DNA from: an uncultured Chloroflexia bacterium
Lineage (GTDB): Bacteria > Chloroflexota > Limnocylindria > Limnocylindrales > CSP1-4
Length of the DNA: 64,000 bases
Direction: 5' to 3'
Assembly (NCBI GenBank): GCA_963746845.1
Contig: CAVVCZ010000004.1
Location: 160,001-224,000 of the forward strand
Of this stretch, positions 10,220 to 22,032 are shown one piece after another. The notes under the pieces are model-generated. The model searched no databases and had not been told where the DNA came from. It saw only the letters and a list, made by a program, of their open reading frames with translations. Each line of letters opens with the position of its first letter. Position 1 is the stretch's first letter. The position numbers were made by a program, and so were the translations under genes.

Positions 10220-10452
10220 GTCCCTTCCGCCATCGGCAGTGGTCGATTCCCTGCCGCTCACAACGTATGGGCACTGACAACCCCGTGTTTGGTCATCGGC
10301 GTCGACATGTGCGACGCCCGTGCGCGGCGGTTGGGGCTGCACGGCACGCCAGTCCGTGACCTTTGCCACGTGGTCGGGCCGCGCCGAACGCGCAGGCTCG
10401 CACGATCGAACGGTCCGCCCGGACCGGCGAGGCGCACCACGGGAGGTGTGAC

Positions 10453-10854
10453 ATGACTCGGGTCCTCGTGGTCCATCACGACCTCGATCTGGCCGGCCAG
10501 GAGGCGGACTCGCTGCGTCGCTTCGGCTACGAGGTGATCGAATGCGGAGGGCCGACGCGGAACGCCTGTCCGGTGCTGGCCGGCCACGCGTGCGACCTGG
10601 CGGAGCGTGCCGACGTGCTCGTCTACGACGTGTGGGCGAGCGGCGACGCGGAGGGTGCACGGACGCTGATCGAGAACATCCGCGACATCCATCCGGAGAC
10701 GCCGGTCGTGCTGACGTCGCCCGGGCTCCAGCTCGACTGGGAGGAGACGACCGGCCGCCATGCCGTGACCGTGCTTCTCGGCCAGCCCACGGGCGCCCGA
10801 TTGCACGAGGCCATCCAGGCGGCCCTCGCGCCGGAAGCGGTGCCCGGGACTTGA
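10453..10854 (+). CDS. Atypical receiver-like domain protein with Cys-rich insertion
   Basis: RVLVV...GYEV...DVLVYD...PETPVVLTS receiver-like pattern; GGAGG RBS; C-GGP-x4-CP-x6-C insert. Confidence 0.65.
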   Translation: MTRVLVVHHDLDLAGQEADSLRRFGYEVIECGGPTRNACPVLAGHACDLAERADVLVYDVWASGDAEGARTLIENIRDIHPETPVVLTSPGLQLDWEETTGRHAVTVLLGQPTGARLHEAIQAALAPEAVPGT

Positions 10855-10897
10855 CGTTCCGGGGCAGGTCGCGCCGGAGTTGCTATCCTGCGCCACG

Positions 10898-12493
10898 GTG
10901 AACTCCCAGAACGATCGGGAAGCGGCGGCCTCGCAGCCGCGGTGGGGCTCCCGTCATCTCCACGCATTCCTCGACGCCGTCTTCCCCGGCCTCGGCCACC
11001 TCGTGGCGGGCCGGCCGAGACGCGCCGCGCTGTTCGGGCTGCCGGTCATCGCGGTCATCCTCGGGATCGGGATCGCGCTCGCCACCTCGTCGATGTCCAA
11101 CCTGCTGGCCGTCGCCCTGAACCCGGCGACGATCGTCGCGATCTTCATCGGCTCGGGCGCCCTGCTGCTCTGGCGGGCGGTGGCCGCCGGCTCGAGCCTG
11201 GCGGACGGCCGCTATCCACGGCTCGGGCGTCGTGACGTCCTCCCGATCGCGCTGCTCGCCGTCGTCCTGATCGCGCCGCACGCGTACGCGGGCTACGTGA
11301 CCGAGGTCGCACGCGAGGAGGCAGATCGCGTCATCCCCGAGAACCCGACCACGGCCGGGGCGTGGCAACCCGACGCGTCGTCCATTCCGGAGCCGGACGC
11401 ATCCGACTTCGACCTCCCGTCGGCCGAGCCGAGCACCGAGCCCAGCCCATCGCTGAGCCCCTCGGCGACGCCGATCGCCCCCCGCCAGAACGTGCTGATC
11501 ATCGGCGTCGACCAGGGCGTCGGCCGGAACACGTTCCTGACGGACACGATGATCGTCGCCTCGCTCGACCCGGCGACCGAGACCGTCTCGATGGTCTCGA
11601 TCCCGCGCGACATGGTCGATGTCCCGCTGCCGGACGGACGCAAGTACCGGGGCAAGATCAACAGCCTCGTGTCGTTCGCCCGCCACCATCCGAAGCAGTT
11701 CCCGGGCTCGAACGGCGAGGGTGAGGACGTCCTGATGGGCGCCCTCGGCACGCTCCTCGGACTGAGGATCAACTACTTCGCGATGGTCAACCTCCAGGGG
11801 TTCGTCAACGTCGTGAACAAGCTCGGCGGGGTCGACGTCCAGGTCTCCGAGGGGTTCTGCGACCCGACGTATCACGAGTACGGCTACCCGGACGGCTTCG
11901 CGATCACCGCCGGCCGGCACCACCTCAACGGCAACCAGGCGCTCGCCTTCGCCCGGGTCCGGAAGGCCGCCGGCGAGAGCGACTTCACCCGGGCCGGTCG
12001 CCAGCAGGAGCTGCTGTCGGCGGTCCGCGACCGGATCAAGGGGGGCGGGTTCCTGTCCGACCCGATCGGGCTGCTGCGCGCCCTCGGCGACACGGTCTCG
12101 ACGAACGTGCCTCGCTCGCTCGTGCCGGATCTCGCGGAGGTGGCGAGCCGGGTCGGGCGGAAACAGACGTATCGCGCCGTCCTCGGTCACCCGTTCGTGA
12201 AGCCTGGCTACGACGTCCGCGGGTCGATCCAGATCCCCGACCTCAAGGCGATCAAGAAGCTCACGGACGGCCTGTTCCCGACGGGTGGGGAGACGCCCGT
12301 CGACAAGTACCAGGTCCCGGCATCCACCGGGCACGTCGCAGGCTCCGGCGTGAGCAACTGCGCCGATCCGCCGAAGCCACGGCCGAAGCCGACCGCGAAG
12401 CCGACTCCGAAGCCGACACAGAAGGCGACGCCCAAGCCGAGCGTCGCGACCCCGTCGCCTGCGGCGTCTGCGGAGGAGCCGGCTCCGTCCTGA
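10898..12493 (+). CDS. LCP (LytR-CpsA-Psr) family cell-wall polymer ligase
   Basis: TDTMIVAS, SIPRD, KINS, ALAFARVR, SDFTRAGRQQ; N-terminal TMs; Pro/Lys-rich tail. Confidence 0.92.
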   Translation: MNSQNDREAAASQPRWGSRHLHAFLDAVFPGLGHLVAGRPRRAALFGLPVIAVILGIGIALATSSMSNLLAVALNPATIVAIFIGSGALLLWRAVAAGSSLADGRYPRLGRRDVLPIALLAVVLIAPHAYAGYVTEVAREEADRVIPENPTTAGAWQPDASSIPEPDASDFDLPSAEPSTEPSPSLSPSATPIAPRQNVLIIGVDQGVGRNTFLTDTMIVASLDPATETVSMVSIPRDMVDVPLPDGRKYRGKINSLVSFARHHPKQFPGSNGEGEDVLMGALGTLLGLRINYFAMVNLQGFVNVVNKLGGVDVQVSEGFCDPTYHEYGYPDGFAITAGRHHLNGNQALAFARVRKAAGESDFTRAGRQQELLSAVRDRIKGGGFLSDPIGLLRALGDTVSTNVPRSLVPDLAEVASRVGRKQTYRAVLGHPFVKPGYDVRGSIQIPDLKAIKKLTDGLFPTGGETPVDKYQVPASTGHVAGSGVSNCADPPKPRPKPTAKPTPKPTQKATPKPSVATPSPAASAEEPAPS

Positions 12494-12496
12494 CCG

Positions 12497-15102
<2,606 letters not shown>

Positions 15103-15168
15103 TCAGACCCCATCCTCCACACGGCGGGGCCGCCAGCGCATACACATGGAACGGCGGTTCGTGGTCAT
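15103..15168 (-). CDS. Putative leader peptide MTTNRRSMCMRWRPRRVEDGV
   Basis: Short ORF with ATG-TGT-ATG control codons upstream of the terminator; TTGACG -35-like hexamer at 15202-15207. Confidence 0.7.
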   Translation of the reverse strand: MTTNRRSMCMRWRPRRVEDGV

Positions 15169-15268
15169 CGCCCGGGGATGCTCGCCCGGTCCGGCGCGAT
15201 CCGTCAACCGACGACGCCGAAACGCAACCTTGGCGTCCCGCGGAGCAGGCCCGCGCTAGGCTGGCGCC

Positions 15269-16288
15269 ATGACGGCCCTCCCGACGACCTTCCGGGCGTT
15301 CGTGGCCGAATCCGTCGCCGACGGCGAGCTGGTCGAACGCATCGTCCGCGACTTCGACGCAAACGACCTGCCGCCCGGCGAGGTCGAGGTGCGGATCGAC
15401 TGGTCGAGCGTGAACTACAAGGACGGGCTCGCGACGGTGGCCAATGGCAAGGTCGCCCGGATCAGCCCGCTGATCCCGGGGATCGACATGGCCGGCGTCG
15501 TCGTCGGCTCGACGGGTCCGTCCGTCCCGATCGGGTCGGGCATCCTGGCCCACGGGTACGACCTCGGAGTTGCCCGTCACGGCGGCTTCGGCGAGTACAC
15601 CCGACTGCCGGCCGGCTACGTCGTCCCGCTGCCGGTCGGTCTGACGGCCCGCGAGGCGATGTCCGTGGGGACGGCCGGCTTCACCGCGGCGATGTCGGTC
15701 GCGGCGCTGGAGCGGAACGGGTTGAAGCCCGGCGATGGCCCGGTCATCGTCACGGGGGCCAGCGGCGGGGTCGGCAGCGTGGCCGTCGCGATTCTGGCGG
15801 CCCGTGGCCACGAGGTCTGGGCGGCGACCGGAAAGTCGTCGGAGGAGGGACGGCTCCTGGACCTGGGCGCGACAGGAACCGTCCCGCGGGAGGAGTGCAC
15901 GGCCGAGAGCGGTCGCCCGCTGGAGTCGGCACGCTGGGCGGGCGCCGTCGACACCGTCGGCGCGGCGACGCTGCCATACGTGCTGCGGACGCTCCGACCG
16001 GGCGCCGCGGTGGCGTCGTCGGGGAACGCCGGCGGTGCCGCGCTCACGACGACCGTGCTGCCGTTCATCCTGCGCGGCGTGGCGCTGCTGGGGATGGACT
16101 CGGCGAACCTGGCGATCGAGGAACGGCGGGCGCTGTGGGGCCGGATCGCGACGGACCTGCGCCCGGCCGGGCTCGACGACGGCCGGCTCGGGATCACCGA
16201 GGTGTCCCTCGAGACCCTCGAACCGGCACTCGACGCGATCCTGGCGGGCGAGTCGCGGGGCCGCTGGGTCGTCCGCGTCGCGGGCTGA
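15269..16288 (+). CDS. acuI: Acryloyl-CoA reductase / YhdH-type MDR oxidoreductase
   Basis: SSVNYKDGLA, PGIDMAG, GTAGFTAAM, VTGASGGVGS, PFILRGVALLG. Confidence 0.88.
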   Translation: MTALPTTFRAFVAESVADGELVERIVRDFDANDLPPGEVEVRIDWSSVNYKDGLATVANGKVARISPLIPGIDMAGVVVGSTGPSVPIGSGILAHGYDLGVARHGGFGEYTRLPAGYVVPLPVGLTAREAMSVGTAGFTAAMSVAALERNGLKPGDGPVIVTGASGGVGSVAVAILAARGHEVWAATGKSSEEGRLLDLGATGTVPREECTAESGRPLESARWAGAVDTVGAATLPYVLRTLRPGAAVASSGNAGGAALTTTVLPFILRGVALLGMDSANLAIEERRALWGRIATDLRPAGLDDGRLGITEVSLETLEPALDAILAGESRGRWVVRVAG

Positions 16289-16302
16289 GTCCGGCTCCCG
16301 GG

Positions 16303-18024
16303 TCAGGTGGCGTTCCGAACGTCCGTCACCACGAAGACGAGGCGGCATGAGAGGACCGCGAGCGACGGCGGGATCTCGCTCTCGAACGCGACGTCGCCAG
16401 AGGGGCCGACGCCGCGACAGGTCGGCGACACCGGGTCGTCGTAGTGGCCGGTGGCGCGGACCCAGCGGCCGACCCCCTTCGTCGCACCGGTTGCGGTCGG
16501 TGCGCGCTGGGCGTGGAGCCGCGCCGTCTGGTCACCCGTGCCGGGCACCGATGCGGCGAGCTGGTAGTCGGCCAGGACGCACTCCCGGATCCAGGCCGGG
16601 GTGAACGCGGAGCAGGTTCCGCCGTACCCCTCGCCGGGATCGACGACCCAGGCCCGGAACGAGATCGGCTGGTCGGCGAAGCACCCGACTGCCGTCAGGG
16701 GTGGGAGCTCGAGGACGGACCCGACGGTCGTCGGCAGGGCGGGACACGTGGACGGCCGTTCAACGACCGCGGCCAGCGGGTCCGGGATCGCGTCGGCCGG
16801 GGGTTCGACCGGTCCGCCGCCGTCGCCGCCCGACGGCGTCGCGCCCGGCGCGCGGATCAGCCAGGCGACGCGGTCCGCCCATGTCCCGAGCATCGCGACG
16901 ACCACCATCCCGTCGGCGGTCGACGCCGAGCCGAGCACGGACGGACCGGCCTCGTCCAGACACGATCGGTCGTTGTTCGTGCCGGTCAGCGGCTCCCAGG
17001 TGTCCGAGGCGTATCGCCAGGCGGCACTGCACGTCGCGCCCGCGTCGGCGCCCTGAAGCCACACCAGGCCGGCCGGCCCGCCGACCAGCCGGCCCCAGGG
17101 ATCGGGCGGCGCCGCGAGTGGGGCGAAGCCGTCGCCGGCCACCACGCCGACCTCCCGGTTGTCGCTCCCGGACCCGGCTGCACCCCAGGGGCTCGGCTGC
17201 CAGACCTCGATGCTGTTCTCCTGGCTACCGATCGCGGCGGCCAGCCCGGGCGCGACCGACCACGTCCGCCCGTCGTCCGATCGCCACGCGCGGAATGCGT
17301 TGGTCGCGGCGTCCTGGTCGGCCATGCTCATCCCGGTCACGAGCAGGCCGTCGGGAAGCGGGATGAGGGAATAGACGTTGGCGAGCGGCGCCTCGGGGAT
17401 CGGGGCGACGCTCCAGGTGGATCCGTCGGTGGTCGTCGCGACCAGCGCTCCGGCGCCACCGACGTCCAGGGAGGCGGCAGCGCCCCAGGGGGTCGCCGTC
17501 AATGCCGTCACCTCACCCGCGGGGAAGCCCGTCGCGCCGCTCAGGGACCAGGTCGTGCCGTCCTGCGAGGACCAGAGCGCCCGTGCCGCCGAACCGGGCC
17601 GAGGGCTCCAGCCGAGGGCGAGAAAGCCGAACGACCCTCCGATGAGGCGATCGGGCGTGCCGCCGCCGAAGGTCGTGCCGGGCAGCCAGTGGCGGTTCCA
17701 GTCGTCCCCGTCCGCCGAGGTCAGGGCGAGCAACGCGCCGGTCCGGCGGTCATTCCCGAGGATGACGACGCCGCTCGGGCCGCTCGCCAGGCCGGCGACC
17801 GCGACGCCGCGGAGCAGTCCGTCGAGCTGGGGCAGAGGATGGAGGGCCAGGTCGCGCGCCCCGGGAGCCGGCGTGCCGACGGCGGATGGCGCGGCAACCG
17901 GACCCGAGGCCGGGATGACCGATGGGCTCGGGCTCGCGACCGCGGGCTGCGAGGTTGGCGTCGAAGTCGCCGAGCAAGCGGCCAGCCCGACGACGAGGAC
18001 CCCGGCGATCCATCCCTGTCGCAT
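16303..18024 (-). CDS. Hypothetical lipoprotein with Asp-box-like repeats
   Basis: Lipobox GLAAC; repeats TSADGDDW, SSQDGTTW, TTDGSTW, RSDDGRTW; Cys-rich C-terminal domain. Confidence 0.75.
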   Translation of the reverse strand: MRQGWIAGVLVVGLAACSATSTPTSQPAVASPSPSVIPASGPVAAPSAVGTPAPGARDLALHPLPQLDGLLRGVAVAGLASGPSGVVILGNDRRTGALLALTSADGDDWNRHWLPGTTFGGGTPDRLIGGSFGFLALGWSPRPGSAARALWSSQDGTTWSLSGATGFPAGEVTALTATPWGAAASLDVGGAGALVATTTDGSTWSVAPIPEAPLANVYSLIPLPDGLLVTGMSMADQDAATNAFRAWRSDDGRTWSVAPGLAAAIGSQENSIEVWQPSPWGAAGSGSDNREVGVVAGDGFAPLAAPPDPWGRLVGGPAGLVWLQGADAGATCSAAWRYASDTWEPLTGTNNDRSCLDEAGPSVLGSASTADGMVVVAMLGTWADRVAWLIRAPGATPSGGDGGGPVEPPADAIPDPLAAVVERPSTCPALPTTVGSVLELPPLTAVGCFADQPISFRAWVVDPGEGYGGTCSAFTPAWIRECVLADYQLAASVPGTGDQTARLHAQRAPTATGATKGVGRWVRATGHYDDPVSPTCRGVGPSGDVAFESEIPPSLAVLSCRLVFVVTDVRNAT

Positions 18025-18191
18025 GTCGCGCCCTCCGAGAGGATCACGATGCGCGGCGGTGCCGCGAACCGCTGGATCCACTGCTCAGAGGACGCTCGAG
18101 TGCCGGAAGTGTGTCGATCCGCCCACTGTTCCGCAATTCGGCGCGGCAAGCCTCGTAGTCGTCACTCGGCGACGATCTGACAAGTCCGCGA

Positions 18192-19007
18192 TCAGTCGAG
18201 CTCGCCCCGGAGCTGGGCCAGGGCACGCTCCAGTGGCTCGCGCGCGGTGTCGGCCGGGTAGGGAGTCCGGAGGATCGCGGTCGCCAGATCGAGCGTGCCG
18301 TCGTGAACGAGCGACGCCAGCTCGGCGATCGCGCGGATCTCGACCATCGACCGAACGGCGAACCCCTTGTCCCCGACGTCGCCGTGACCGGGCACGACGG
18401 CGCCCGTCACCAGCTCGACCATTCGCTCGACCGTCGCCGGCCACTCCATCGGGTAACCGTCGCCGAAGAACGGCGGCGCCCCTGCCTCGACGAGGTCGCC
18501 CGCGAAGAGGACGCCGGCGTCGGGCACGATGATGACGATGTCGTTGTCCGTGTGACCGCGGCCGAGATACCGGAGCTCGATCCGGCGGCCACCGGCGTCG
18601 AACTCCAGCGTCGCGGCCTCGCCGTCGAACGTCCGGTCCGGCGGGTCGAGGACGACCTCCGCCAGCTCGGCGGCGATGGCCGGGATCGCGGCGGACACCT
18701 TCGCGATCTGCGCCCGGCCCGTCTCGGTGATCATCCGGGCGCATCCCACGTGGCCCCAGATCGGCGCCGGCCGGAACCGGTGGTTGCCGAACGCGTGGTC
18801 GTTGTGGCCGTGGGTGTTGACGACGGCCCGGACCGGCAGCTCGGTCAGCGTCCGGAGGTCCGAGAGGATCTCGTCGGCCTGGCGGTGCGAGATCCGCGTG
18901 TCGACGATCAGCACGCCGTCGTCACCGAGGATCGCCCCGATGTTCTGGTCGTAGAACGCGTAGCGGCGGGTGAAGACCCGGGCGCCGACCTCGGTCCAGA
19001 CGGACAT
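18192..19007 (-). CDS. MBL-fold metallo-hydrolase
   Basis: NTHGHNDHAFGN, GHTDND, FAGDL, VVPGHG. Confidence 0.9.
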   Translation of the reverse strand: MSVWTEVGARVFTRRYAFYDQNIGAILGDDGVLIVDTRISHRQADEILSDLRTLTELPVRAVVNTHGHNDHAFGNHRFRPAPIWGHVGCARMITETGRAQIAKVSAAIPAIAAELAEVVLDPPDRTFDGEAATLEFDAGGRRIELRYLGRGHTDNDIVIIVPDAGVLFAGDLVEAGAPPFFGDGYPMEWPATVERMVELVTGAVVPGHGDVGDKGFAVRSMVEIRAIAELASLVHDGTLDLATAILRTPYPADTAREPLERALAQLRGELD

Positions 19008-19045
19008 GCCCGCAGCGTAGCCGCCGGCGACCCTACGATGGGCGC

Positions 19046-19886
19046 ATGTCGAGCACCACCGAGACGGTCGCGTCCCGCGACGGCACGGCGATCGTGGTCC
19101 GTCAGTGGCCCGCCCCGGACCAGCCCTGGGCCCATGTCCTCCTCGTCCACGGGATCCACGAGCACAGCGGCCGCTACGAGCACGTCGGCGACTGGCTGAC
19201 GGCGGCCGGCATCGACGTGACCAGCTACGACCAGCGGGGGTTCGGGCGATCCGGAGGCCGTCGGGCCTATGTCGATCGATGGAGCCAGAACAACGACGAC
19301 CTCGAGGAGCGCCTCGCCGCCGTTCGCGTGGCAGCGGGCGACGGCCCCGTCGTGCTCTACGGGCACTCGCTCGGCGGGCTGCTGAGCCTGGGCTATGTGG
19401 TGGCGGACCCGCCACGACCGTTGCCGGACGTCCTCATCCTGAGCGCGCCGGCGATCGAAATCGACGACGCCGGCCTGGCAGCGCGGGCTCGCGTCCGCAC
19501 TCAACGTCGTCGCCCCCCGCTACGGGCTCAAGAGCGCCTTCGACGGTTCTCTGCTGTCACGCGATCCGGCGGTCGGTGATGCCTACGCCACGGATCCGTT
19601 TGCCTTCCACGTCACGACCGGTCGGCTCGGGACGGAGGCGTTCAAGGAGCAGGCTCGAGTCCGCGATGCGCTAGGCGGGCTGACGCTCCCGACGCTCGTG
19701 TTCCACGGCGAGGCCGATCCGATCGTGCCCGTCGCGAGCAGCGTGCCGCTCGGTGCGATGCCGAACGTCACCCGCCGCACCTGGCCTGACCTCCGCCACG
19801 AGACCCACAACGAGCCCGAGGGCGAGGCCGTCGTGGCCGACGCCGTCGCCTGGCTCCACTCGGTGCTAGATTCGCCGTCCAACTGA
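19046..19886 (+). CDS. Alpha/beta hydrolase (lysophospholipase-like); frameshift at ~19459
   Basis: HGIHEHSGRY, DQRGFGRS, GHSLGG; removing one A from AAA at 19458-19460 joins it to FHGEADPIVP...RHETHNEP. Confidence 0.85.
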
Positions 19887-19891
19887 AGATC

Positions 19892-19980
19892 GCCTCCGGG
19901 GAGCGCGAACGCGCTGAGAGTGTGGCTCGACCACAGACCCGCCGAACCTGATCTGGCTCGTACCAGCGAAGGAAGCAGGC
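19892..19980 (+). promoter_or_regulatory. TPP riboswitch
   Basis: GGGGAGC...GCTGAGA...ACCC...GAACCTGATCTGG...TACCAGCGAAGGAAG consensus, upstream of an NMT1/ThiY-like gene. Confidence 0.92.
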
Positions 19981-20051
19981 CCATGCGACTCGAAGCCGTC
20001 CCGGCATCCCCCGGGACGGTCGTTTCGTCTCTCGACCAGGAACGAGTCTGC

Positions 20052-21155
20052 ATGAAGCCCGTCCTCACCGTCCTTCTCGTGGTCGCGATCGTCGCCGGTT
20101 GCGGCAGCACCGCCACGCCGACGCCGCTGGCGAGCCCATCAGCCACCCCGCCGTCCTCGACCCTGCCATCCGCCGTCGTCTCGTCCAGCCCGCCCGCGTC
20201 ACCCTCCATGACCCCCTTCGCCGGCACGCCGACGACCGTCCGACTCGCGCTCGACTGGACCCCGAACACGGACCACACCGGCTTCTTCGTCGCCCGCCAC
20301 GAGGGCTGGTACCGCGACGCCGGGATCGACCTCCAGATCCTGCCATACGCGACCGCGACGCCGGAGACGCTGCTGGCCGCCCACCAGGCGGAGTGCGGGA
20401 TCAGCTTCCAGGACTCGATGACCTTCGCGGTCGCGGCGGGCGCGGACATCGTCAGCGTGGCCGCGATCCTCCAGAAGACCGCGTCCGCGATCGGGGTGCT
20501 CGCGAGCGGCCCGCTTCGGCGGCCGCGCGACCTGGATGGGAAGACCTATGCCGGCTTCGGCTATCCGAACGAGGTACCGACCCTGAAGTCCGTCATCAGG
20601 GCCGACGGGGGGACGGGCGACTTCACGGTCGCGACCCTTGACGCGGCGGCGTACCAGGCGCTCTACCAGAAGCGGGCGGACTTCACGATCCCGTTCACCG
20701 CCTGGGAAGGCGTTGAGGCGACCCAGGAGAACATCGACCTGCGCTACTTCCAGTTCGCGGATTACGGCTTCCCGGAGTTCTACCAGGTCGTCCTCGCCTG
20801 CGATCGGCAATGGCTCGAGAAGGATCCGGACGCCGCCCGGCGGTTCGTCGGCGCGTCCGTCCGCGGCTTCCAGTTCTCCGCCGACCACCCCAACGACGCC
20901 GCGGCGATGCTCGAGGCCGAGAACCCGGGGGCGTTCGACGCGAACCCGGACCTCCCGACGGCCAGCCAGGCCTTCCTGGCGAGCGGCGGCTACCTCGTCG
21001 ACGCGAACGGTGTCGCGGGGACCCAGACCCTCGAGCGCTGGACCGGCTACTCGGCGTTCCTGTTCGCCCAGAAGCTCCTGACCGACGCGAGCGGCAAGCC
21101 CGTGACGACCGCCCCGGACTACGCCCGGCTCTTCACGAACGACTTCCTGCCGTGA
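20052..21155 (+). CDS. ABC substrate-binding lipoprotein, NMT1/ThiY-like
   Basis: Lipobox VAGC; LDWTPNTDHTG motif; downstream of the TPP riboswitch. Confidence 0.9.
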   Translation: MKPVLTVLLVVAIVAGCGSTATPTPLASPSATPPSSTLPSAVVSSSPPASPSMTPFAGTPTTVRLALDWTPNTDHTGFFVARHEGWYRDAGIDLQILPYATATPETLLAAHQAECGISFQDSMTFAVAAGADIVSVAAILQKTASAIGVLASGPLRRPRDLDGKTYAGFGYPNEVPTLKSVIRADGGTGDFTVATLDAAAYQALYQKRADFTIPFTAWEGVEATQENIDLRYFQFADYGFPEFYQVVLACDRQWLEKDPDAARRFVGASVRGFQFSADHPNDAAAMLEAENPGAFDANPDLPTASQAFLASGGYLVDANGVAGTQTLERWTGYSAFLFAQKLLTDASGKPVTTAPDYARLFTNDFLP

Positions 21156-21958
21156 CGGTTGCCGGCGCGGACCGGCGACGGCGGCTCGTGCCACCGCTCG
21201 TCCTCGTCGGGCTGCTGCTGGTTGCGTGGGAGGTGTACGCGCGGACGTCCGGCGTCAGCCCGTTCGTCCTCCCGGCACCGAGCCAGGTGCTCGCCGCGCT
21301 CTGGGACTTCCGCGACCAGGCGATCCGCCATGCGATCCCGACGATCGTCGAGACCCTCGTCGGCTTCTCGATCTCGATCGCGGCCGCGACGGCCACCGCC
21401 GTCGCCCTCGACCGGGTCGCCTGGGTCCGCAGCGCCGTGGAGCCGCTCCTCGTCGGCTCCCAGACGATCCCGATCGTCGCGATCGCGCCGCTCGTCGTCG
21501 TGTGGTTCGGGTTCGGGCTGCTGCCGAAGGTGCTCGTCGTCGTCCTCGTCACGTTCTTCCCGATCACCGTCGCCCTGCTCGACGGGTTCGCGACGACCCC
21601 GCCCGACGCCACCGACCTCCTCCGCTCGGTCGGCGCTTCCCCGGGGCAGGTGTTCCGGAAGCTCCGCTGGCCATCGGGCCTGCCCGGCTTCTTCACGGGC
21701 CTCCGGATCTCGGCGAGCTACGCGGTCGTCGCCGCCGTCATCGGGGAGTACGTCGGCGCCACCGAGGGGCTCGGGATCTGGATGCAGCTCAGCCAGCGCT
21801 CGTTCCGGACGGACCTCGTCTTCGCCGCGGTGGTCCTCACGGCTGTCCTGAGCATCGCCCTGTATGGCCTCGTCGCCGTGGCCGAGCGAGCCGTGATCCC
21901 GTGGCACGCCACGTCCCGTGGGGCGCGCCAGTCGGAACGCAGGCCCGGACCGGCGTAA
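21152..21958 (+). CDS. ABC permease (ThiX/SsuC-like)
   Basis: LPAPSQV, QTIPIVAIAP, FFTGLRISA, GEYVGATEGLG; GTGA overlap with the upstream stop. Confidence 0.9.
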   Translation: MTVAGADRRRRLVPPLVLVGLLLVAWEVYARTSGVSPFVLPAPSQVLAALWDFRDQAIRHAIPTIVETLVGFSISIAAATATAVALDRVAWVRSAVEPLLVGSQTIPIVAIAPLVVVWFGFGLLPKVLVVVLVTFFPITVALLDGFATTPPDATDLLRSVGASPGQVFRKLRWPSGLPGFFTGLRISASYAVVAAVIGEYVGATEGLGIWMQLSQRSFRTDLVFAAVVLTAVLSIALYGLVAVAERAVIPWHATSRGARQSERRPGPA

Positions 21959-22032
21959 CGTAGGCGGACATTCCGGACGGACGATCGCGCGCGGGCAGGG
22001 GTGGCCGCCCGGCGCGCAGAGGAGGCATCCCG

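Noticed and set aside
10354-10371. CRP-like GTGA-N6-CCAC site between the ECF and receiver genes
   Set aside because: Only a partial match, plausible by chance in high-GC DNA.
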